Shown here piece by piece: positions 46,335 to 54,275 of a DNA stretch of 60,984 nt (its first letter is position 1; each line of letters begins with the position of its first letter). Made by a program: the position numbers and the translations under genes. Below the pieces are notes generated by a model, which made no database searches, was not told where the DNA came from, and saw only the letters and a program-made list of their open reading frames with translations. Source of the DNA: a virus (taxonomy: Duplodnaviria > Caudoviricetes). The stretch spans positions 1 to 60,984 of the IMG/VR virus record IMGVR_UViG_3300046382_000038. One strand, given 5' to 3'.

Positions 46335-46834
46335 ACGATCTTAGACAGGGCGACATCGTTCTTGTCCGCACAAATCATTTCGTTAGCAAACTAATTCGGT
46401 TTGGCCAGCGCAGCTATGGCAAGGAGTTCAGCCAATGGAATCATGTGGCTATCGTGGTAGCTACGCCAGAGGATCCCAAAATCGTAGAGGCGCTTACGAA
46501 GGGAATCACGGAAAGCCCCCTCTCGAAGTATCCGGCAGAGGATATTAAGATCGTTCACGCGATGCCTCGGGGTTTAACTTTAATAAATACCTTCGACATG
46601 CGCTACAACGCCGCCCTCTTTGCTGCTTCCTGTAAGGGCGAGAGCTATGGCTTCATGACGATCCTAGCTATTGCCCTCAAAACCCTCTTCAAGGGGCGCT
46701 TTAATTTCGGCGTCCAGGGGACCTCAATCTGCTCCGGATTGGCCGCTCGATCCCTTGAGCGTATGGGCTATAACTTCCAGCCGTATGATCCGGCTGAGCT
46801 AACGCCTGCGTACCTTGCAAAGAATCTCTCTTAG
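46331..46834 (+). CDS. Permuted NlpC/P60 (YiiX/YebB-like) papain-fold enzyme
   Basis: GDIVLV...WNHVAI...ESYG...ICSGL (His before Cys). Confidence 0.75.
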   Translation: MNDLRQGDIVLVRTNHFVSKLIRFGQRSYGKEFSQWNHVAIVVATPEDPKIVEALTKGITESPLSKYPAEDIKIVHAMPRGLTLINTFDMRYNAALFAASCKGESYGFMTILAIALKTLFKGRFNFGVQGTSICSGLAARSLERMGYNFQPYDPAELTPAYLAKNLS

Positions 46835-46844
46835 CTGCTATGCT
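46815..46844 (+). promoter_or_regulatory. Probable SigA-type promoter TTGCAA-18-TATGCT with extended -10
   Basis: Followed by GGGAGAG and TTG 46879. Confidence 0.45.
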
Positions 46845-46878
46845 CCCCGAGTTGCTAGCTACTCAACAGGGAGAGATT

Positions 46879-47367
46879 TTGTACGTTATCCAAACGTCGC
46901 ATAAAGACAAGGACGATACGGTTAGTAGGTCAATGGATTTCCAGGAGGCCTGCGTCCTTTATGGCTCCCTGACGGGGGAAGATGTATCGGACCTCCAGGA
47001 GGGGGAGGAAGTTTCGGACGGCTTTATCACACTTAGAGAGGCTCGCATTGAGGAGCTTATCTATATGGAAGATGGCGTCCTAATAGTCGATAACATCATT
47101 GCTAAATTCTCTGATGATCGATTTAATATTGCTTGGAAAAGGGCAGCCAAGGAGTTTAACGGCCTAGAACCTGACCCCGACGATATGGAATCGGAGTTCG
47201 GGGAAAGCTTCGCGGAGGAGTATCATCACCAGTTGGAACTTATGGCCGCCAAGGAGCTATTTGGCTATTTCGAACAAGAAGGTTTCATTCGTAATTGCGG
47301 AGTAGACGAAGACGGCCAGATAAAGATTGAGGTGACTGAGCGGGGATCAGAGGTTTATGGTTTATGA
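46879..47367 (+). CDS. Strongly acidic hypothetical protein
   Basis: Asp/Glu-rich; start TTG 46879 (RBS) or ATG 46840. Confidence 0.55.
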   Translation: MYVIQTSHKDKDDTVSRSMDFQEACVLYGSLTGEDVSDLQEGEEVSDGFITLREARIEELIYMEDGVLIVDNIIAKFSDDRFNIAWKRAAKEFNGLEPDPDDMESEFGESFAEEYHHQLELMAAKELFGYFEQEGFIRNCGVDEDGQIKIEVTERGSEVYGL

Positions 47368-47672
47368 GAAACCACGACATAATTGATTCTCGCTGTCCCG
47401 ACATAAGGCCTTCCAACTGGAAGGATCAGAACAAGCTTGGCTGGCGCTGGTACAAAAACGTCTTTGCTAGGACCGTTTCCCAGAACGAACATGTTATCCA
47501 GCAGCTTCAATACGAAAACGGGATCACCAACGTGACCGTAGGGGACTCATGGAGCGATGACTTCATGAGGCCCATTTATGATCCGCTCTGGGTCGGTATC
47601 TATATCCGTGATATTCCGGCCCTTGTCGATCAATTCTTAAAGGAACTAGAAATGTGGTGGGAGAATCTATAA
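47364..47672 (+). CDS. Hypothetical protein
   Basis: 102 aa; ATGA/TAATG coupling. Confidence 0.55.
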   Translation: MRNHDIIDSRCPDIRPSNWKDQNKLGWRWYKNVFARTVSQNEHVIQQLQYENGITNVTVGDSWSDDFMRPIYDPLWVGIYIRDIPALVDQFLKELEMWWENL

Positions 47673-47953
47673 TGCTTGGAATTTCACAACAGCTACACGA
47701 CACGATTTTTGCGGTAGGTGCGTTTGTTCTTCTTTTGGCGCTCCTTCCTGCGGTGGTTAAAAAGACCGTTTTGCCTCTCTCTACGATCTGGATCACAGGC
47801 GGGGTCCTTTTCGTATTTGCTCTTAATTATCTAACAATGCGCTTTTGGTATGCCATGGCGGTAGAGGCCGGTAACGTCCTCGCTTGGGCTTATCTCTTTA
47901 CTATCGCGTGGAAAGTAAGGGTACAAGGTGTCGGAAAGCAAGAAGCAGCTTAA
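47672..47953 (+). CDS. Three-TM small membrane protein
   Basis: Three hydrophobic helices; Pro after TM1. Confidence 0.55.
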   Translation: MLGISQQLHDTIFAVGAFVLLLALLPAVVKKTVLPLSTIWITGGVLFVFALNYLTMRFWYAMAVEAGNVLAWAYLFTIAWKVRVQGVGKQEAA

Positions 47954-48155
47954 AGAACGCATCGACCATCTGAAAGTTCAATTGGAACGCGCTACTCGCT
48001 ACAGCCACCAGCGTGCTACCGAACTCAATGACGAGCGTGTAGAGCGCCAGGCTCAGGAAAACAAGGTTGGAGAGCTTGAAGACGAGCTATCCAATTATCG
48101 TGCTAAAGAGGAGGGACCGAAGCCCAATTGGGACGCCCTCAGAGAGGGAATTTAA
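47928..48155 (+). CDS. Small coiled-coil protein
   Basis: 75 aa heptads. Confidence 0.5.
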   Translation: MSESKKQLKERIDHLKVQLERATRYSHQRATELNDERVERQAQENKVGELEDELSNYRAKEEGPKPNWDALREGI

Positions 48156-49009
48156 TGTACGACGCCAAAATTCTTGCAGATAGTATCGCTCCAAATGGGT
48201 CGCGGCTGACGACGCTCGAAGTCACCTTTCCTCGCTTCATTCTGGCTGAGGTAAATACCCATCGTGTCTTCTCTCGCAATAGCGCTAGCTCTCGCGCTAT
48301 CCCCTTCCGTAAGCAGGTTAAGATGATCGAAGAGCACCCCTTCGTTCCTGAGTCCTGGCCTACCGAGCAGAAAGGGATGAGCGGAGGCGAGCCCCTAGAG
48401 GGGATTACCGCCACGATGGCCGAGGATGAGTGGATGCGAGCCATGGAGGAGGCCATTAGGCACGCTACGCGGCTCTCTGAAAGGGGCGTCCATAAGAGCC
48501 TTGCCAATCGGCTCATCGAGCCCTTCATGTGGCATAAGTCCATCATCTCCTCAACCGAGTGGGCCAACTATTGGGAGTTGCGCACCGCCCTGGATGCCCA
48601 GCCTGAGTTCCGCAAACTTGCCGTTAAGATGCAGCATGCGTGGCACCTTTCCGAGCCTAAGGAATTGCCGCCTGGCGAGGCCCATCTGCCGCTGATCTTT
48701 GACGACGACCGGGAGATGCATAAGGAATCCGAATTGATCCTAATCAGTGCCGGTCGCTGCGCCCGCGTCAGCTATCTCACCCACGATGGTGTCCGTGATC
48801 CCCAGAAGGACATCGAGCTTGCCGAACGCCTCACCAAAAACAAACATATGTCGCCCACCGAGCACCAGGCCCTGGTCTCGCCATTCCCTCTCTTTAGTGG
48901 AGTATATGAGAGTAACTTCTCTTCTCCGTGGGTCCAGTACCGTAAGCTAATAGAAGAAGGAAATCTCTTTGAAGGCCTTCAGAACCTTTCTGAGAAGACC
49001 GCAGCATAA
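48155..49009 (+). CDS. thyX: Flavin-dependent thymidylate synthase
   Basis: THRVFSRNSASSR, ANRLIEP, LR...AQPEF, RCARVSY, HMSPTEH. Confidence 0.9.
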   Translation: MYDAKILADSIAPNGSRLTTLEVTFPRFILAEVNTHRVFSRNSASSRAIPFRKQVKMIEEHPFVPESWPTEQKGMSGGEPLEGITATMAEDEWMRAMEEAIRHATRLSERGVHKSLANRLIEPFMWHKSIISSTEWANYWELRTALDAQPEFRKLAVKMQHAWHLSEPKELPPGEAHLPLIFDDDREMHKESELILISAGRCARVSYLTHDGVRDPQKDIELAERLTKNKHMSPTEHQALVSPFPLFSGVYESNFSSPWVQYRKLIEEGNLFEGLQNLSEKTAA

Positions 49010-49014
49010 TCATC

Positions 49015-49398
49015 ATGGAAGTCCCTAACACGTTTAAACGACTACTCGGCAAGCCTGACCGTAACGAACCAGATGAGCACTGGACTGGTCCAGTTTATGC
49101 ACTTTGGGTATTTGATCCAGTAACGGATGAAGTTACCGTCGATCACAATAAGGGCCGTCATCGAGCGCTCACGAAGACCCATAGCGATATCGCCCCCGAG
49201 GTCGTCCATCCATCCCGTTTAAACGGTTATGCGTACCGGATCCGAGGAGGCTGGCGCTTGACATCAGACGATCATAAGGTAATCTCTGACCCGCATGTGA
49301 CCAAGCGTGTCGATCAGGCGCTTAAACGAGCTTTCCCTCCGAAACCCCTACCTAAGGTTCTTCATGGATCTACCAATAGGCCATCCTCAAACGAATAA
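49015..49398 (+). CDS. Hypothetical protein
   Basis: 127 aa. Confidence 0.5.
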   Translation: MEVPNTFKRLLGKPDRNEPDEHWTGPVYALWVFDPVTDEVTVDHNKGRHRALTKTHSDIAPEVVHPSRLNGYAYRIRGGWRLTSDDHKVISDPHVTKRVDQALKRAFPPKPLPKVLHGSTNRPSSNE

Positions 49399-49696
49399 GA
49401 CCCACCTAGAGAAGGTCCCCAAAAAAGTCAAGAGGGGGCTTCAGAATCATCTCTCTGCCGACATCCCTTCTACTACGGGGAGTCAGTTGGAGGCCGATCT
49501 TCTAGAGGCTCGGGGTTGGGCTAGCGTGGGACGCTCCGGTGTCTGCGTACACTCCAAGTTCGAAGAGCGCTGCGCAGGCTGTATGATTCGTGAACTTCAA
49601 TGGGCAGTTAAAGATATGGTAGACCTTGGGGAAGGCTCAGACGTTTGGCTCGATCTCAAGGAACGGGCTGAGCGAGTGTTTAAACGCATCGCTTGA
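49364..49696 (+). CDS. Hypothetical protein with CVH...CAGC zinc motif
   Basis: Start ATG 49364. Confidence 0.5.
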   Translation: MDLPIGHPQTNKTHLEKVPKKVKRGLQNHLSADIPSTTGSQLEADLLEARGWASVGRSGVCVHSKFEERCAGCMIRELQWAVKDMVDLGEGSDVWLDLKERAERVFKRIA

Positions 49697-49720
49697 CAAA
49701 TCATACAATCCTGGTATACT
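49693..49720 (+). promoter_or_regulatory. SigA-type promoter TTGACA-16-TATACT with extended -10
   Basis: Followed by AAGGAG and GTG 49748. Confidence 0.8.
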
Positions 49721-49747
49721 AATGGGACACCAATTTTAAGGAGTCTC

Positions 49748-50755
49748 GTGAGCACCACGCAGCAGAATCGCGAAGCTTGGTTGACGGAGTTGGCGTTCCG
49801 TCTTCAGCCCCTTCATGGGAAGAAACTGCCGAAGATCCGCGTTGCCTGTGCATGGCCCTCGACCCGCGCCAAGAGCGGAGGTCGTCTTGGTGAGTGCTGG
49901 CACCCGGAGGTCTCAAAGGATGGCGTGCGTGAGATCATGATTACGCCGCTAATGGATGACCCCGTTGAGGTTGCCGCCACCGTTCTGCATGAGTCCCTTC
50001 ACGCGGTACTCCCTCCGGGCGTCGGTCACAAGGCACCCTTCGCCAGGCTCGCCAAGCAGGTGGGTCTTGAGGGCAAGCCGACCTCTACCTACGCGGGCGA
50101 GAAGCTTACCGAAAAGCTCAAGAGGATCACCGACGATCTCGGTCCCTACCCTCATGGCGCTATGGACATGTCGGGGCGTCCCAAGCAGACCACTCGTTTG
50201 CTCAAGGTTTCCTGCCCGGAGTGCGGTTACCTGATCCGCATGACCAACAAGTGGATTGAGGAGGCCGGTTACCCGATCTGCCCGCAGTGCAACGTCGAGA
50301 TGGGCGAGGAGATCGAGGCGGAGAATCTGCTTGTCCACAAGGAGCAGAGCATCGTCTACGGCCTTAAGGGTACTGACCGATTTGAGCTTCGACTGTCTAA
50401 GAAAGGGCGCGGCTCTCAGTGGTTTGTGATCGACTTCGGGGAGAGAGATGACGACCCCCGCAGTATCGGTTATTGGGCTACAGCAGCGGCCCGTGTCGTG
50501 CCCGCAGAGGGCCGTCAGGACGCCATTGACGTGGCAACCTCCATTCAGGAGGGGCTGCTCACTCACGAGGAGCTTGAGGAGCGCGTTCCCGAGTGGCTGA
50601 CCAATGAGGAACATGAAGAGCTTCACCCCGAGGAGGATTGGCGCGACCTTCAGTACCTCGCTGACAGTGAGGATGAGGAGCACGACCACGAAGACGACCT
50701 CGATGAGCACGAAGAGGAGCTTTACAACAAGAATCAGAAAGGTAGAGAGTCGTGA
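49748..50755 (+). CDS. SprT-like zinc metalloprotease domain protein
   Basis: HESLH (HExxH)...GHKAPF...CPECG...CPQC; acidic tail. Confidence 0.8.
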   Translation: MSTTQQNREAWLTELAFRLQPLHGKKLPKIRVACAWPSTRAKSGGRLGECWHPEVSKDGVREIMITPLMDDPVEVAATVLHESLHAVLPPGVGHKAPFARLAKQVGLEGKPTSTYAGEKLTEKLKRITDDLGPYPHGAMDMSGRPKQTTRLLKVSCPECGYLIRMTNKWIEEAGYPICPQCNVEMGEEIEAENLLVHKEQSIVYGLKGTDRFELRLSKKGRGSQWFVIDFGERDDDPRSIGYWATAAARVVPAEGRQDAIDVATSIQEGLLTHEELEERVPEWLTNEEHEELHPEEDWRDLQYLADSEDEEHDHEDDLDEHEEELYNKNQKGRES

Positions 50756-51105
50756 ATAACGAATGCAAAGAGGTAGGTACTGTAGAGATTCTGACTGAGC
50801 GCATCTATCAGATCGACCCCGATACGTCACAGGCCACAACGGCTGTTGTCGAGCCTGGCGTGTACCCTCTCTATGAATATGGGGAGGCCAAGTTCTGGGT
50901 AATGGAGGGGTTTCTTAACCTAGCCCTTGCAAAGGCCGGAGACGGTCTGTTCATCATGCACGGCGGGGATGTTAAGTCAAACGTCCCGGTGCGCTTTCCC
51001 TCGCGCAGCTACGGTCCCGAGCAATGGCAAGCGCTGCTAGAGGATGAAGTTTGTCAGCCCGGTCCCGAACAGCGCCTTAAGATCGAGGAGAAGGTTGCCG
51101 TATGA
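50752..51105 (+). CDS. Hypothetical protein
   Basis: GTGA coupling. Confidence 0.55.
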   Translation: MNNECKEVGTVEILTERIYQIDPDTSQATTAVVEPGVYPLYEYGEAKFWVMEGFLNLALAKAGDGLFIMHGGDVKSNVPVRFPSRSYGPEQWQALLEDEVCQPGPEQRLKIEEKVAV

Positions 51106-51296
51106 AGCGAATGAGGGTGGTTCTTAGCAAGAAGAAGCAGATCGATGTAGTTGAAGATGCTCTTATTCACTTCCTTGGAGGGGCCACCCAACAAGAGCTA
51201 AAGGAATGGCTTGGTTGGAATCAGGCCGAGAGAAACGCGGCATCTGAAGTCATCGGCATGATTAACCACGAGCGGCTAAAGAAGAACGATGGATAA
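51102..51296 (+). CDS. Small hypothetical protein
   Basis: ATGA coupling. Confidence 0.5.
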   Translation: MKRMRVVLSKKKQIDVVEDALIHFLGGATQQELKEWLGWNQAERNAASEVIGMINHERLKKNDG

Positions 51297-51522
51297 ATTT
51301 TTCGGATATGAGCGCAGGAAAGGTGAGCGGCGACACGATCTCGGGCCGCGTGCTGGCTCGCCGTCCGAGTATTGGAGCGCGGGTGGCATGGAGCGCCGCG
51401 TCAGTCCAGAGAGACGCCAGGAAGATCTCGCTGGAGTAATCGTTAACTTCTCCGACAAGGATATGGAAAACCTCGTTAAAGTTTGGCAAGCGCTTGAAAT
51501 CTTGGAGGCCCTTAATGAGTAA
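51289..51522 (+). CDS. 77-aa protein with tandem G-x-ERR-x2/3-ERR repeats
   Basis: FFGYERRKGERR and GGMERRVSPERR. Confidence 0.55.
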   Translation: MDKFFGYERRKGERRHDLGPRAGSPSEYWSAGGMERRVSPERRQEDLAGVIVNFSDKDMENLVKVWQALEILEALNE

Positions 51523-51829
51523 GCAACTCGGCCTTTACAGCAGTTCGTCCCAGAAGGTTTCCCTCACGGTCCATAGCAAGGGGCTAACGGTCTCCAAAGA
51601 AGACTTTAATCCCTCCCCTGGCTGCACGATGCGCTGCTGGTATCCCTTCGGCATCGGCTGGTGGCCTCGCTGGGAAAACACCTTGCTCTCGGGCGGGATG
51701 GGTAGGCCTATTAAGGTCGCCTATAGGACTAATCTGAATTGGAAATACGTAGGCGTAATGATTAACCTTTCTCCAGATAGTGAGTCCCAGGCTCGCTGGA
51801 AGCGCGGCCTCATTAAAATAGCCCGCTAA
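51515..51829 (+). CDS. Hypothetical protein
   Basis: Start ATG 51515 with GGAGG upstream. Confidence 0.45.
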   Translation: MSKQLGLYSSSSQKVSLTVHSKGLTVSKEDFNPSPGCTMRCWYPFGIGWWPRWENTLLSGGMGRPIKVAYRTNLNWKYVGVMINLSPDSESQARWKRGLIKIAR

Positions 51830-51857
51830 CCCTGGCGGTTCCGGTATCATAACTGGT

Positions 51858-54275
51858 GTGGATATCACCAGTGCATTTACGGGTTTAAGCTCTACCCAGC
51901 CCGAGCTTCTTAGCGGCATCAGCGATCTAGGTTGGACGGTCAAGAAGCTCAAGTACGACAAAAAAGAGAACGCCTATGTGGCTCAGGCATCCAATGACCA
52001 CGGCGAGTCTCTACAGAAGACCGGGCCTGATGAGACAGTAGCGCTAGCCAATCTCCTGGTGGCTGTCACGCGCAAGCACCACATGCGCTCCAAACGAGTG
52101 TCCATGTGGCAGACCACCTTTATCGATCAACTTAAGGCCATCGCTGAGGCCTACGTTAAGGCACCCGTCTATGACCCCAAGGCTGCTATCGCCTTCAAGG
52201 AGCTAGCCGACGACTGCACCCATCGGGCCAAAGTGTTAGGGGAATATCTCGAAATTGAATTGACCCCTGAGCCTGAGCCCTACACGGATGTCGAGAAGAT
52301 GACCCGTGATATCCGCAAGTCCCGCAAGCTCATCGTCAGCACCGCCAACACCGAACACCCGATCTGGATCCCCGAGCAGGTGATCGCCTTTCGTACCTGT
52401 TTCGACGTGCTGGGCTACGGAGTGGCCAATGCAGGCTGGGACTGGCGGGGAGATAACCTGGCCTTCGCCGCCTTTGCTCCGCTCGTGAGCGCTAACGCTC
52501 AAGAAGCTCTCTTCACGGAGGTCGTTGCGCAGAGCGCCTACGTCAATCAGTATCGAGCCTATGGGCCGCCTAAGGTAGCGCTCTTCCCGGAGTTCGTAGA
52601 AGCTGCACAGAAAGAAGAGCACGATACGGGCAAGGGCACCCATCCCTCGCAAAGCTTCCCCGGCGTTCCGCAGCCTGGCATTAAGCCGTTTAAACGCGAG
52701 AAGGATGCCCCCTATCCGCTACCCGATCATGCTCCCGTCCACCTCGGAGGAGTTGATCCCGCCTATGGAGATCCTAACGTTGGTTGGTCCTCTGGGTTAG
52801 AACCTGGCGAACCTAACGCTTATCTCGATTACGGGGACCCGCTGGAATTCCAGGCCGTTATGGATAACGCCAAGCTCATCGATACCGAGTGGCATATGCT
52901 CAAGGACGGGGAAGGACGACCCGACTACGAACGGATGAAGCAGGCCGTCGTCAATGCCTTCAGAGTAGCCATTCTGAGCCCCCTCAAGCCGCTGGCCTTC
53001 AATGCTGTGCATTATCAGCACCTCCAGGATATTCCTGCCGAGGAGACCAATCCTGAAGTCTACTGGAAACATCTCGACAAAAAGCGTATGGACTGGAACG
53101 TTGAACGCTTCGGAGAGGGCCAGCGCTACTCCCATCGCGTCTACTGGCCCTACGTCAAGCCCATGACGGATATCATTTACAAAATGGATCCCAGCAAGGG
53201 ACCCCAGGGGGCGCAGAAGGAGACCGAACAGATAATCGAAGACTGGCTCACCGAGGAGGAGGATCGGTTCATTGAGCTAGAGAAGGAGAAGCCCGAAGAG
53301 CGCAAAACTCCCAGCGATGAGATCGAGCGCAAAGCCTACAACGCTGTGGCGCAGCGCATGAAGCTCTACATTGCCGAGAGCAAGGGAGATATGGACATCA
53401 GGGAATCTGCTGCCCCTGCCGCCCTGGAGGAAGAAGAATCTACCCCATTTGAAGAAACCACCGTAGATCCCATGAAGTACAAATATGCGGGCTTTATAGC
53501 GGGCCATCTTAAGGCTATAGCGCAGATTTCCATGCACGTCGATGATCTACTTGAGGCCGCACTCAAGGACGTTCATGAGCATGACGGCGAAGGGCACCAC
53601 TTCAGGGCCGTAGCCCTGCAATTGGGAATTCGTAATGTTAACACTAAGGTTGCCTCCTTTGCGTGGCTATTACTCCAGCCCATGACCTCACAGCTAGCCA
53701 CCATCGATACCCACATGATGAAGTTGCTTGGGCAGACCCCCGCCGACATGTCCAATCGGGATTACTTCAAGATGGAGCGTGAATTGGCCACAGGTAGAGA
53801 TGCAGCCGGTTATGGACACATGCCGCTGGGAGCCTTCCAGTGGGGAATGTGGGATACCCAGAGGACGGGAGAAGGATCCCACCAGGATCACAGCGCCCTG
53901 AAGGTACTAGACCCCAAGCCATTTGAACAAATTGACTGGCGGGAACCCGTCAATCTTTCTGGTAAGAAACACCTTCAGCCGCCGCCTCCCGAGTGGTGGG
54001 ATATCACCCAGCCAGCACGCGAACAGGTTGGCGAAGAATGGGATGAAAATCAAGGCTCTAACTTTGCCAAAACCAACATCCCTTGGACTCGCGTAAATCA
54101 GCCTGTAATGGCCAGAACAGCCGAAGCCCTACGGGTGCCCTGGTTTACCCATCCGCAGACGGGAGAGCGCGTTCTAGGGGCTCCTGGGGACACGATAATG
54201 GCTCATGCCACCAAGGCGCTGGGAATGTCTACGCCCGAAGTATGGGCAGCGCTGGCTGAGGCTGGCAAGCAGTAG
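51858..54275 (+). CDS. Multidomain protein with C-terminal HhH-GPD (Ogg2-like) DNA glycosylase domain
   Basis: TKVASF...ATIDTHMMKLL...SNRDYFKME...FQWGMWDTQRTG; TATCAT 7 nt before GTG. Confidence 0.65.
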   Translation: MDITSAFTGLSSTQPELLSGISDLGWTVKKLKYDKKENAYVAQASNDHGESLQKTGPDETVALANLLVAVTRKHHMRSKRVSMWQTTFIDQLKAIAEAYVKAPVYDPKAAIAFKELADDCTHRAKVLGEYLEIELTPEPEPYTDVEKMTRDIRKSRKLIVSTANTEHPIWIPEQVIAFRTCFDVLGYGVANAGWDWRGDNLAFAAFAPLVSANAQEALFTEVVAQSAYVNQYRAYGPPKVALFPEFVEAAQKEEHDTGKGTHPSQSFPGVPQPGIKPFKREKDAPYPLPDHAPVHLGGVDPAYGDPNVGWSSGLEPGEPNAYLDYGDPLEFQAVMDNAKLIDTEWHMLKDGEGRPDYERMKQAVVNAFRVAILSPLKPLAFNAVHYQHLQDIPAEETNPEVYWKHLDKKRMDWNVERFGEGQRYSHRVYWPYVKPMTDIIYKMDPSKGPQGAQKETEQIIEDWLTEEEDRFIELEKEKPEERKTPSDEIERKAYNAVAQRMKLYIAESKGDMDIRESAAPAALEEEESTPFEETTVDPMKYKYAGFIAGHLKAIAQISMHVDDLLEAALKDVHEHDGEGHHFRAVALQLGIRNVNTKVASFAWLLLQPMTSQLATIDTHMMKLLGQTPADMSNRDYFKMERELATGRDAAGYGHMPLGAFQWGMWDTQRTGEGSHQDHSALKVLDPKPFEQIDWREPVNLSGKKHLQPPPPEWWDITQPAREQVGEEWDENQGSNFAKTNIPWTRVNQPVMARTAEALRVPWFTHPQTGERVLGAPGDTIMAHATKALGMSTPEVWAALAEAGKQ

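Noticed and set aside
49949-50839. 296-aa antisense ORF, and similar ones such as 3824-4624 and 43873-44430
   Set aside because: Shadows of real genes with biased codon use; no RBS or recognisable motifs
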